Assembly (NCBI GenBank): GCA_001784435.1
Contig: MFQZ01000003.1
Location: forward strand, 3,022-67,021
Reading direction: 5' to 3'
Length of the DNA stretch: 64,000 nt
From: Candidatus Magasanikbacteria bacterium RIFOXYC2_FULL_42_28
GTDB lineage: Bacteria; Patescibacteriota; Patescibacteriia; Magasanikbacterales; GWA2-37-8
Below the pieces are notes generated by a model. The model worked only from the letters and a program-made list of their open reading frames with translations. It ran no database searches and was not told where the DNA came from. Position 1 is the stretch's first letter. Each line of letters starts with the position of its first letter. Below are positions 48,201-55,406 of this stretch, piece by piece. A program made the translations under genes and the position numbers.

Positions 48201-48702
48201 AACCGGTATTAAACCATTGCGGAGAATTTGGCGCGGCCATTTGGTTGATTATCATGTAAACGAGCTCGTCGTAAAATACAACCGCGTCCTCGGCACTGGC
48301 AAAGTAACCATATTTTTCCGCCCAATATCGCCAAGTACCGGCCAAACGGTGCGCCACTTGCTTAACGCTGTTTTCAGGACCAAGCATGGGGGTCCCGTCA
48401 GCGTTCAACTTTGGCGCACCGTCCGCATCATACTGCAGAACGCCGGCTTTACGAAAATATTTTTGCGCCAAAATATCCGTGGCCACTTGCGACCACGTTT
48501 TTGGCACCTCTACATCGTTCATTTCAAAAATTATCTTACCGGTTGACTCGCGAATTACAGACGAACGCAGTTCGTACTGGAACATATCGTACGGACTCAC
48601 CCCGTTTTTAGTAAAATGCCGTTCAAATTTCAGGCCATTTTCCGGTGAATATTTATAATCAGAATCAACTTTAAAAATTTTAGTGGCGACAGCGGTGTTC
48701 AT
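45214..48702 (-). CDS. nrdJ: adenosylcobalamin-dependent (class II) ribonucleoside-triphosphate/diphosphate reductase
   Basis: Long RNR alpha-type ORF. The ORF track extends to 48759, but the ATG at 48702 (MNTAVATKIF...) is the likely start. It has class II RNR core motifs and a C-terminal Cys-rich Zn ribbon CGTCGHMTIRSGSCYKCLNCGSTTGC. The window also encodes a PduO cobalamin adenosyltransferase. An in-frame GC-rich palindrome (tctccccctcgggcagggggaga) lies at 46005-46030. Confidence 0.8.
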   Translation of the reverse strand: MNTAVATKIFKVDSDYKYSPENGLKFERHFTKNGVSPYDMFQYELRSSVIRESTGKIIFEMNDVEVPKTWSQVATDILAQKYFRKAGVLQYDADGAPKLNADGTPMLGPENSVKQVAHRLAGTWRYWAEKYGYFASAEDAVVFYDELVYMIINQMAAPNSPQWFNTGLQWAYGINGPSQGHYYINPDTGVLTRSEDSYTHPQPHACFIQSVNDDLVNEGGIMDLWVREARLFKYGSGTGTNFSALRGRGEPLSGGGTSSGLMSWLKIGDRAAGGIKSGGTTRRAAKMVILDVDHPDIEEFIIWKVNEEKKVAAMVAAGYDSHYEGEAYNTVSGQNSNNSVRVTQEYLEAVETGADWNLKWRTGGKVCKTLPARSLWEQIATSAWSCADPGLQYDTTINEWHTCPNSGRINASNPCSEYMFIDNTACNLASINLAHFYDSETASFDIEGFKYATRLWTVVLETSVLMAQFPSKEIAQGSYDFRTLGLGYANIGSVLMTAGIPYDSPEALAFAGSVTAIMGAQSYITSAEMAKNLGPFPKFKHNRAEMLRVIRNHRRAAFNASDDEYESLAVKPVGISEEFAPAYLLVAARNLWNEALEMGERYGYRNAQTTLLAPTGTIGLVMDCSTTGVEPDFALVKFKKLAGGGYFKIVNESVPMALKTLGYNQKQIDDIADYLKGRATLKNCPHINSESLKVKGFVDEDIAKIEKTLLGAFEMGFVFNVWTLGEECLKRLGYTSEQYNDPNFNLLKALGFTDEQVSEANEFVCGAMTIEGAPHLRSEHYAVFDTANKNGKKGQRYIHYLGHIRMMAAVQPFLCGSISKTINMPNEATVEDIKIAYMASWKLGLKCNAIYRDGCKLSQPLSAKSKKTESKKEEKIEEKVAPVVGGAVAVSPPARGGEAEGVGALANGDWQQAVDAEDMQINYAHDGTSNGKHVYIHGEQRKLPYKRSGMTIKAKVGGQKLFLRTGEFPDGKLGEVFIDMYKEGASFRSLLNLFAISISTGLQYGVPLEEYVDKFTFTRFEPSGMTDHPNVKFSTSIIDFIFRVIGMEYLGRTDFVQVKPTGIQRNRAQQLAHIAQEATAQTSLELETPDSLVKKESEQVEIAEAQMSLPKMPSASKKTTAVDAMLSNMMGDAPPCGTCGHMTIRSGSCYKCLNCGSTTGCS

Positions 48703-48755
48703 ATTGTTATAATTATGGGTGAAACCCTGTAATTTGTTATTTAAATTGATTTGAA

Positions 48756-48771
48756 ACACTATATGTAGTGT
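48756..48771. promoter_or_regulatory. NrdR-box-like palindrome in the nrdJ 5' region
   Basis: acactatatgtagtgt matches the NrdR box consensus acaCwAtATaTwGtgt. On the minus strand it lies between an extended -10 (tgatataat, plus 48791-48799) and the nrdJ start. Confidence 0.4.
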
Positions 48772-48937
48772 TTAAGTTCAAGGCCTATACATTATATCAC
48801 ACTCCGTCAAGAGCGACCAAATGACGACAAAAACCTTACAGTTGAGAGAAAAAAACCAACAAAAAATTTTGTTTGTAAAAGTTATCCACACCCCTCCGTC
48901 CCGACTGTGTCGGGACTACGGCGGTACAAGTCACTAA

Positions 48938-50008
48938 CTAACGCCACAACCAACACTCGCTCGCTACCTTTTGCTTTAACTTTCGCGAATTGCCATGACT
49001 GATAAGCCCTAAATACGATTGGACAACAGTATCTTTCGTAGTTAGGCGAATTTTTCGCAACATTCTCTGTTTTGTTTTAGTTCGAATAACACGATGGTCA
49101 AAGAAATTCACCCAACCAAGAAAATCAACACCGGAAGACACGGTTTTTATAAAAACTTTATCCGGATGCAAGGTAAGTTTTAAATTTGATTGTAAAAATT
49201 CTTGTATTTTTGGCATTGCCGCCTCCAACCGAAATTTATCACGCGAAAGAAAAATAAAATCATCGGCATACCGCGCGTAATAATGAGATTTTAGCCGGTG
49301 CTTTACCCATTGATCAAATTTATTTAAATAAATATTGGCGAATAACTGTGAGGTAAGATTGCCGAGAGGTAAGCCGACGCCAGATAATGATTCTGTGTGG
49401 AAACTGTTAATAATATTCTGCAACAGTCGAAGTATATTTTGATCAGGAATATAGCTACGCAATATTGTCAGTAATATTTCGTGATTAATACTCGCAAAAA
49501 ATTTCCTAATATCACATTTCAACACCCAACAAGTACGGTTATGATTTTTACTCACTCGAAACACCAAATTTCTAAAACTATTTACCGCCTTATGCGTCCC
49601 TTTATTATCACGGCAGGAAAAAGATCCGGCAATAAAAGTTTTATCAAAAAATGGATATAAAATCCGATAAACAGCGTGGTGGAGTAGCCGATCGCGCACG
49701 CTTGCCTTATGAATATGCCGTCGTTTGGGATCGTTAATAAAAAAACTTTTATAACCGCCGTGTTGATAAACGCGATTGACTAAATCTTCGTGAAGTTCTA
49801 CAATATTATCCATTAAGCGACTCTCAAACTCCACAACATCAATTTTCTTTTTCTTGTCAATTATAAATTCCTCCCACGCTAAACATAAATTTTCGTGGGA
49901 AATAATATTTTCATAACTATGACTCAATTGAATTTTCCCGCCGACACGGCAATTAAGCCCCCCCCCCCAGCAAAGCCGTACTGAAATTCCCATTTTGACT
50001 GAACTCAA
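48938..50008 (-). CDS. diversity-generating retroelement (DGR) reverse transcriptase
   Basis: RT motifs including YARYADDFIF (YxDD box) and the DGR-specific motif-4 sequence GVGLPLGNLTSQLFANIYLN (I/LGxxxSQ). 356 aa (or 351 from the ATG at 49993; the ORF track uses a TTG start). Adjacent TR/VR pair and Avd gene. Confidence 0.85.
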   Translation of the reverse strand: MSSVKMGISVRLCWGGGLNCRVGGKIQLSHSYENIISHENLCLAWEEFIIDKKKKIDVVEFESRLMDNIVELHEDLVNRVYQHGGYKSFFINDPKRRHIHKASVRDRLLHHAVYRILYPFFDKTFIAGSFSCRDNKGTHKAVNSFRNLVFRVSKNHNRTCWVLKCDIRKFFASINHEILLTILRSYIPDQNILRLLQNIINSFHTESLSGVGLPLGNLTSQLFANIYLNKFDQWVKHRLKSHYYARYADDFIFLSRDKFRLEAAMPKIQEFLQSNLKLTLHPDKVFIKTVSSGVDFLGWVNFFDHRVIRTKTKQRMLRKIRLTTKDTVVQSYLGLISHGNSRKLKQKVASECWLWR

Positions 50009-50330
50009 GATTTGTTATTTGTTGTGGCATAGTTTTTTAATTGATCTCCCGCGTTTGACGCGCTACACGCTCGGCGTAAAAATAGATAATTTATTTACCG
50101 AACTACTGGGGATAACGATTGCCGCGCAATATACCAAACGAACTGATAAATTAGAATTTTTAGAAGAATTGAATAGAAAATTTGATAACTTAAAATATTT
50201 TATCACTATTCTCTGGGAAGCAAAAGGGTTAAGTGCCGGAAAATATGCGCAACTATCTCAAAAACTCACACGCATCGGCCAAATGCTCGGCGGTTGGATT
50301 GCGCTTTTAAAAAGAAACTCTCCCAACTAA
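49995..50330 (+). CDS. Avd-like DGR accessory variability determinant (four-helix-bundle family), encoded on the strand opposite to the RT and TR
   Basis: 111 aa. The C-terminus LTRIGQMLGGWIALLKRN resembles the Bordetella Avd C-terminus (...GRILGSWIARVNRKG). The size and helical character fit the 23S-rRNA-IVS/Avd family. The start overlaps the RT start divergently. Confidence 0.6.
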   Translation: MTELKICYLLWHSFLIDLPRLTRYTLGVKIDNLFTELLGITIAAQYTKRTDKLEFLEELNRKFDNLKYFITILWEAKGLSAGKYAQLSQKLTRIGQMLGGWIALLKRNSPN

Positions 50331-50353
50331 ATTGGGAGAGAACGAGGATATTA

Positions 50354-50471
50354 GCTGAGGAAGCCGAACAGGTAGTTCCGATTCCAGTTGCCCTTGACCG
50401 TGTTGAGGTTCAGGTTGCGCCAGTCGGAATTGCCGTTGAGGTAGAGCACGTTGCCGTCCCGCGCGGAGCCG
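50354..50471 (-). repeat. DGR template repeat (TR), 118 bp, sense strand = minus
   Basis: 118/118 alignable with 50827-50944. All 14 mismatches are at positions where this copy has A on the minus strand. The minus-strand reading is ...GNVLYLNGNSDWRNLNLNTVKGNWNRNYLFGFLS, built on AAC/AAT codons. Confidence 0.8.
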
Positions 50472-50820
50472 CCTACAAATATACAAAATAACTTCTGTAA
50501 CACCGCCCCTTGAATACTCTTGGGGTTGAATCGAATTTGGAAACTTTATTTCCCTACTATTTTGTACCGAGTATCTTCATTTTTAGGGTATACCGGTAGC
50601 ACACTAACTGGCAACATATCGCCAATTATTCCGGCCGATCGGTGTATCCAGAGTTCAACCGCCCAAAGCCGTAGCCGTGGACTGTTTCGTTTACTATCCG
50701 GATATAGTATACCACAAAAAGGAAGAGCGCGCACCGAGAACCGATGCGCGCGCGAGGTGAAACGAAGGGACCGAGCGACCAAGGAACAAACAAAGTTCCA
50801 AGGCACCCAGGATCCCAGCG

Positions 50821-51399
50821 CTACTCGCTGAGGAAGCCGAACAGGAAGCGCCGACGCCAGCGGCCCTTGACCGTGTCGAGGTACAGGCCGCGCCAGTCGG
50901 AATCGCCGTAGAGGTAGAGCACGCTGCCGTCCCGCGCGGAGCCGAGCTCCACGATCGGTGCGTTCCTCTGCTCATCGGGGTGTTGCACCCCGATGGCCAA
51001 GAGGTGCTTGGGCAGGATGGGCGGCTTGGCGTTCTCCTTCCCCCAAGCCAGCATCTCCTCGCGGAACGGATCCCTGTCAAACTGCACCAAGATCACGCTC
51101 GCCGGCTTGGCGAGGCCAACTTCATCATTCGCAAACTGCCGAACGATGTTGTCGTCGGTGCCGTCGTACTTGCCGATCTTGATTGCCTCGGCAACCGACG
51201 ACACCTTGTACGGCTGGAGGACGAGCGTCCTCACAACCGTACCGATGAGCGGCGACGGCGGGGTGAGAGCCGGCCGTGTGACATCTTCCACGACGAGCTT
51301 GCGCTCACCGCGAAAAATGGCGCGGGCTACATCTGCGCCTCCCAACATGTTGAGGAGCGCTTCAGTTTCGCCCCTCCTCCAATCATCATACTTTCCCAT
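50821..51399 (-). CDS. DGR target protein (192 aa, unknown fold) with C-terminal variable region
   Basis: The minus-strand ORF contains the VR in frame. The ATG at 51399 is preceded by a strong SD ggaaggagctcgtcATG; the ORF track's longer 50821..51558 version lacks such a signal. The region is GC-rich (about 60% or more) relative to the rest of the window. Confidence 0.6.
   Translation of the reverse strand: MGKYDDWRRGETEALLNMLGGADVARAIFRGERKLVVEDVTRPALTPPSPLIGTVVRTLVLQPYKVSSVAEAIKIGKYDGTDDNIVRQFANDEVGLAKPASVILVQFDRDPFREEMLAWGKENAKPPILPKHLLAIGVQHPDEQRNAPIVELGSARDGSVLYLYGDSDWRGLYLDTVKGRWRRRFLFGFLSE
50827..50944 (-). repeat. DGR variable repeat (VR) at the 3' end of the target gene
   Basis: Same 118 bp as the TR, but with N at 14 TR-adenine positions. 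It encodes the C-terminal ...GSVLYLYGDSDWRGLYLDTVKGRWRRRFLFGFLSE of the target protein and ends 3 codons before the stop. Confidence 0.8.
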
Positions 51400-51637
51400 G
51401 ACGAGCTCCTTCCGAGTTGAAAACCCGAAAAGTGTTTTGCCTCTGCCCGAGGCCCAGGTCTCTCTCTGCATGAGAAGAGCTTTTGTGCCACTTACAAATA
51501 AATATAGGTAAACCATATTTACTCCTTGGTTCGAAAATGGAACGAAAGCACGGCTCATGATTGTTTAATTTTAACACTAAATCATACCTTAAAATAATGA
51601 TTTTGTCAATGTTTGTGTACCACGACCTCTTCATCAC

Positions 51638-51666
51638 TTGACATATTTTGATATTTAGTGTAAAAT
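51638..51666 (+). promoter_or_regulatory. sigma70-type promoter for the AbiEi/AbiEii operon
   Basis: TTGACA (51638-51643), 17-nt spacer, TAAAAT (51661-51666). Confidence 0.4.
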
Positions 51667-51704
51667 ATATACATAAAGTCATTAAATCTTATGACCTACG
51701 CTAT

Positions 51705-52490
51705 ATGAAACAAACTATACTTTCTGCTAAACAAAGCGAACTGCTCGAAAATCTGATTGGTGAATATGGCTTGATTGTCACTTCTGGTCAGATTATTAAG
51801 ATTGCTAAAAATAACTGGGATTACAAACAAGCCAAAAATCTAATAACAAAACTTGTCAAAGACGGCTGGCTCATCCGTATCAAACGAGGTCTGTATACTA
51901 TTTCCGAATTAACCGGCCGAGGATTTTTGTCGCTCTCATCCTATACGGTGGCCAATCTCTTGGTCAAGGATTCATACGTTTCTTTTGCATCCGCATTGCA
52001 ATATCATAATATGTTTGATCAGCTCATGAAAAAAACTACCTCTGTCAGTTTAAAAATGTACAAAACTACCACACTTAATAACATGGAATATGATTTTGTA
52101 AAAACCAAAAAACAATTATTTTTTGGTTTTGAAGAGATCGTGTTTTATAATAAAACAGTACGAATTGCCACAGCGGAAAAAGCGCTAATTGATATGGTCC
52201 ATTTTCACAAAAGTAAATTGATGATTGATGTGGTGATTGAAAAAATTATTAATCACAAACACGATCTGGATTTTAATCGTTTTAACGAATACCTATCTAA
52301 ATTTTCCGGCACTACCATTAAAATATTTGGCCTTATTTTTGATTTTCTAAATATTGATTCCAGTAAATTATACAAAATTGTGAAACATAAGCGCGGCACT
52401 AACTGGATGTTAGTCGGCGACAAAAAATTCGATGCCAAATGGAGAATATACTATGACGAATTCTTTGATCAATATAATGAAAAAACTTAA
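51705..52490 (+). CDS. type IV toxin-antitoxin system antitoxin AbiEi (wHTH transcriptional regulator)
   Basis: N-terminal AbiEi_4-like wHTH (LSAKQSELLENLIGEYGLIVTSGQIIKIAKNNWDYKQAKNLITKLVKDGWLIRIKRGLYTIS). It immediately precedes an AbiEii gene. The ORF track's 51648 start is a TTG inside the promoter; the ATG at 51705 is preferred. Confidence 0.7.
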   Translation: MKQTILSAKQSELLENLIGEYGLIVTSGQIIKIAKNNWDYKQAKNLITKLVKDGWLIRIKRGLYTISELTGRGFLSLSSYTVANLLVKDSYVSFASALQYHNMFDQLMKKTTSVSLKMYKTTTLNNMEYDFVKTKKQLFFGFEEIVFYNKTVRIATAEKALIDMVHFHKSKLMIDVVIEKIINHKHDLDFNRFNEYLSKFSGTTIKIFGLIFDFLNIDSSKLYKIVKHKRGTNWMLVGDKKFDAKWRIYYDEFFDQYNEKT

Positions 52491-52500
52491 TTTTTAAAAT

Positions 52501-53259
52501 ATGATTACTCGCCAACAATTAGAAATTATTAACCGAAAAACTTTGAAATATCCTTTGCATATTGCGGAAAAAGATTATTTTCTCACATTGGTTCTCCAAA
52601 TTATTACCCAATCCACCCTCCAAGATACTCTTATTTTCAAAGGTGGTACCGCTCTACACCATACCTACTTGGAACAACATCGTTTTTCCGAGGACTTGGA
52701 TTTTTCCGCCAACCAAAAACCGGTAGAATTGGAAGAATTGCGAAATATTTTTAGTGGTATTGACTATTTGAATATTAAAAAAGATTATCTCTCTGGCGCG
52801 ACTGTAAAAATTGAAAAATTGCAATACACCGGCCCTTTAATTCAGCCCAATTCTTTGAAAGTGGAAATAGATTTTTTGCAAAATGTTTTGCTTCCTCCTC
52901 AAACCCTAAAATACAACAACGTCTGGAATATAGATTTTGAGGTAAAGGTAATGAACATCAAGGAAATCTGCGCTGAAAAAATTCGCGCCACGAACGATCG
53001 CGCTCGTTATCGCGATTTTTATGATTTATTTCTTATTTTAGAAAAATATCAACTTGATTTAAACGAAATCGCCAGATATATAAAACAAAAAGAAATTAGA
53101 AAGCCGTTGACAAAAAACAACATAAAAAATAACTGGGCAATGATTGGTGCACAAAAAGAAATTGAAATGAGCCAAATATATTATTCTCGAATGATTGAGG
53201 ATGGGGAGATAATGGCCATGATTGAAACTCTGCCATTTACCAAGATTACAAAAATATAA
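52501..53259 (+). CDS. type IV toxin-antitoxin system toxin AbiEii (DUF1814 nucleotidyltransferase)
   Basis: Hallmark FKGGTALHHTYLEQHRFSEDLDF (GG...S.D.D NTase motif) and C-terminal ICAEKIRATNDRARYRDFYDLFLI. Confidence 0.8.
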   Translation: MITRQQLEIINRKTLKYPLHIAEKDYFLTLVLQIITQSTLQDTLIFKGGTALHHTYLEQHRFSEDLDFSANQKPVELEELRNIFSGIDYLNIKKDYLSGATVKIEKLQYTGPLIQPNSLKVEIDFLQNVLLPPQTLKYNNVWNIDFEVKVMNIKEICAEKIRATNDRARYRDFYDLFLILEKYQLDLNEIARYIKQKEIRKPLTKNNIKNNWAMIGAQKEIEMSQIYYSRMIEDGEIMAMIETLPFTKITKI

Positions 53260-53301
53260 TAGTTTGACCAACGCCCGCAATTATACTACAATACAGTCAC
53301 T

Positions 53302-54339
53302 ATGGAAGAAGAAAATCAAAGTGAAGACGAGCGTTTAACCGCGCCTGACGAAAATCCGGAAGAAGCGGTGTTTGACAACACCTTGCGCCCCAAGCAATTG
53401 GGCGATTTTGTCGGCCAAAATCAGATTAAACAAAATTTAATGATTGCGATTGAGGCGGCCAAACAGCGCGGGGATTCTTTGGAGCATATTATGTTGTATG
53501 GCAACCCCGGCCTTGGCAAAACCACGCTCGCGCATATCATTGCCAAAGAAATGGGGGCAAATATTCGTGTCGCCGCCGGCCCGACTCTGGAAAAAGTTGG
53601 TGATCTCGCCGCGATTTTATCAAATTTACAAAAAGGCGATGTTTTGTTTATCGACGAAATTCATCGCTTGAATAAAACTATTGCCGAAGTACTATATCCG
53701 GCACTGGAAGATTTTGCTTTAGATATTATTATCGGCCAAGGTCCGGCCGCGCGCACTTTGCGGATGCCGATTGCGCCGTTTACTATGATTGGCGCTACCA
53801 CAAAATTAAGTTTATTACCTGGACCATTACGCGATCGTTTTGGTCACGTGTTTCACTTGAATTTTTACGAGCCCGAAGATATTAAAAAAATCGTTCACCG
53901 CAATGCCGGTATTTTAAATATGTCAGTAGAACAACCAGCGACGGATTTAATTTCTGCTCGCGCGCGCCGAACACCACGCATAGCAAACCGATTATTAAAA
54001 CGCGTGCGTGATTTCGCGCAAGTTCATTTTAGCAGCAAACCGGTGAATCACAATATTGCCAAATCCGCGATGGATGTTTTGGCAATTGATGAATTTGGCT
54101 TAGACGATGTTGACCGCGCCCTACTCACACTTTTAATTGAAAAATTTAATGGCGGGCCAACCGGATTAAATACTTTGGCCGCCGCGATTTCCGAAGAAAT
54201 GGATACAATCGAAACTGTCTACGAACCGTTTTTATTACAAATCGGATTTTTAGAACGCACGCCACGCGGACGACGGGCTACTAAGGCGGCGTATGATCAT
54301 TTAGGATTTAAATATTTGGAGAATTCAACATTATTGTAA
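53302..54339 (+). CDS. ruvB: Holliday junction branch-migration ATPase RuvB
   Basis: LRPKQLGDFVGQNQIKQNL, Walker A LYGNPGLGKTTLAHIIA, Walker B VLFIDEIHRL, sensor and arginine-finger regions, and the C-terminal winged helix. Confidence 0.9.
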   Translation: MEEENQSEDERLTAPDENPEEAVFDNTLRPKQLGDFVGQNQIKQNLMIAIEAAKQRGDSLEHIMLYGNPGLGKTTLAHIIAKEMGANIRVAAGPTLEKVGDLAAILSNLQKGDVLFIDEIHRLNKTIAEVLYPALEDFALDIIIGQGPAARTLRMPIAPFTMIGATTKLSLLPGPLRDRFGHVFHLNFYEPEDIKKIVHRNAGILNMSVEQPATDLISARARRTPRIANRLLKRVRDFAQVHFSSKPVNHNIAKSAMDVLAIDEFGLDDVDRALLTLLIEKFNGGPTGLNTLAAAISEEMDTIETVYEPFLLQIGFLERTPRGRRATKAAYDHLGFKYLENSTLL

Positions 54340-54390
54340 AAATATATTACCAAGTGATTAACATTAATTAATAATTCTTGAAAAACCACT

Positions 54391-55146
54391 ATGCCCAACC
54401 ATACCAATCTAGACAAAATGGGTACAGAATTAGGAACAGTAGATTTTTCTGTTGACGATCACGATGATAACCAGACCAAACAAGTAGACCTCGGCGACAT
54501 TGGAGACATAAGTACAGTTGAGTTAAATCTACCACACACACAACCATTATCTGAACAAGAAGAACGACGCATAGTAGACGTTGATTTCATTTTTGAACAC
54601 CAGGGGAAAAAATGGAAAGGAAACATACGGTACGAAAGACAAAGATGGGAAGACGGAATTATATTGGACTTCACTATTGATACTTTAACAAATGAGCGGG
54701 CTTTGTGTTTTCAAACATCGATCTTACCGGAAGGGGCAATAAAATCAAGTACAAGACAGAACAGTACACAATATAAACATCTACTGCCTATTTCACGATT
54801 TGTCGCCCCCGAATACCGCCACCAAGGTTTAGGTGAACTAGGATTCAAATATATAGAAAAAACTGTTAAACGGCTCGGCGAGCTACACCCCGATTTTAAA
54901 GTAGGGGCTATCGATCTTGATACATCACTTGCGTCTGTTGCCAAATTACTTTTGAGCCCGAATTTTTTAAGAAAAAACGGCTTTGAAAAATTTGCCAATG
55001 AACACCGAGATATGGGATACGTGCTTGGTGATGAAGAAAATATTGAAAATCTAAAAGCTGTTTTGGAGGAGGGTGTGGAGGCGTTTGCTGACCGCAAAGG
55101 ACAAAAAAGTGCGGCATACGTACACTTAGTTAAAAAAATATTATGA
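54391..55146 (+). CDS. hypothetical protein with a GNAT-like acetyl-CoA-binding motif
   Basis: FVAPEYRHQGLGELGFKYIEKTVKRLG resembles GNAT motif A (R/Q-x-x-G-x-G/A); the rest is unassigned. Confidence 0.35.
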   Translation: MPNHTNLDKMGTELGTVDFSVDDHDDNQTKQVDLGDIGDISTVELNLPHTQPLSEQEERRIVDVDFIFEHQGKKWKGNIRYERQRWEDGIILDFTIDTLTNERALCFQTSILPEGAIKSSTRQNSTQYKHLLPISRFVAPEYRHQGLGELGFKYIEKTVKRLGELHPDFKVGAIDLDTSLASVAKLLLSPNFLRKNGFEKFANEHRDMGYVLGDEENIENLKAVLEEGVEAFADRKGQKSAAYVHLVKKIL

Positions 55147-55406
55147 TCACCGCCCCACTCTATTCACTATTACTTATATATTTAGCATTTTTAATTTTAT
55201 TTGCCATTTTATCAATCGTCAATCTCTCTCATTTGGCACACACCGGCGCCCTAACTTTTGTAAGTTTTATGGTGACGGCCATCATGGGGATAGTGGTGAT
55301 ATTAATTTTTTTCGGCACTTGGTTTTTACTAAAAGATATTGATTGGCAAACTCCACTGACAATTTGGAACAGTGGTTGGTTTGGCGCGACTACCGATGTA
55401 TATTAA
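55143..55406 (+). CDS. small membrane protein (87 aa, 2 TM)
   Basis: Hydrophobic ORF overlapping the upstream stop by 4 nt. Confidence 0.3.
   Translation: MITAPLYSLLLIYLAFLILFAILSIVNLSHLAHTGALTFVSFMVTAIMGIVVILIFFGTWFLLKDIDWQTPLTIWNSGWFGATTDVY

Noticed and set aside
45214-48759. Intein inside the unusually long (about 1160 aa) NrdJ
   Set aside because: No intein block A/B/F/G signatures were seen (no Cys/Ser-led insertion ending in His-Asn, and no LAGLIDADG or HNH endonuclease block). The extra length is explained by the low-complexity linker and the C-terminal Zn-ribbon extension.
50294-51511. Plus-strand ORFs 50294..50491, 50520..50831, 50958..51182, 50980..51420, 50993..51511 and minus ORF 50694..51080
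   Set aside because: All fall in the GC-rich TR/target block, where stop codons are rare. The minus-frame target ORF is the only one whose frame is validated, by the AAC-codon structure of the TR/VR. The 65-aa ORF simply reads through the TR.
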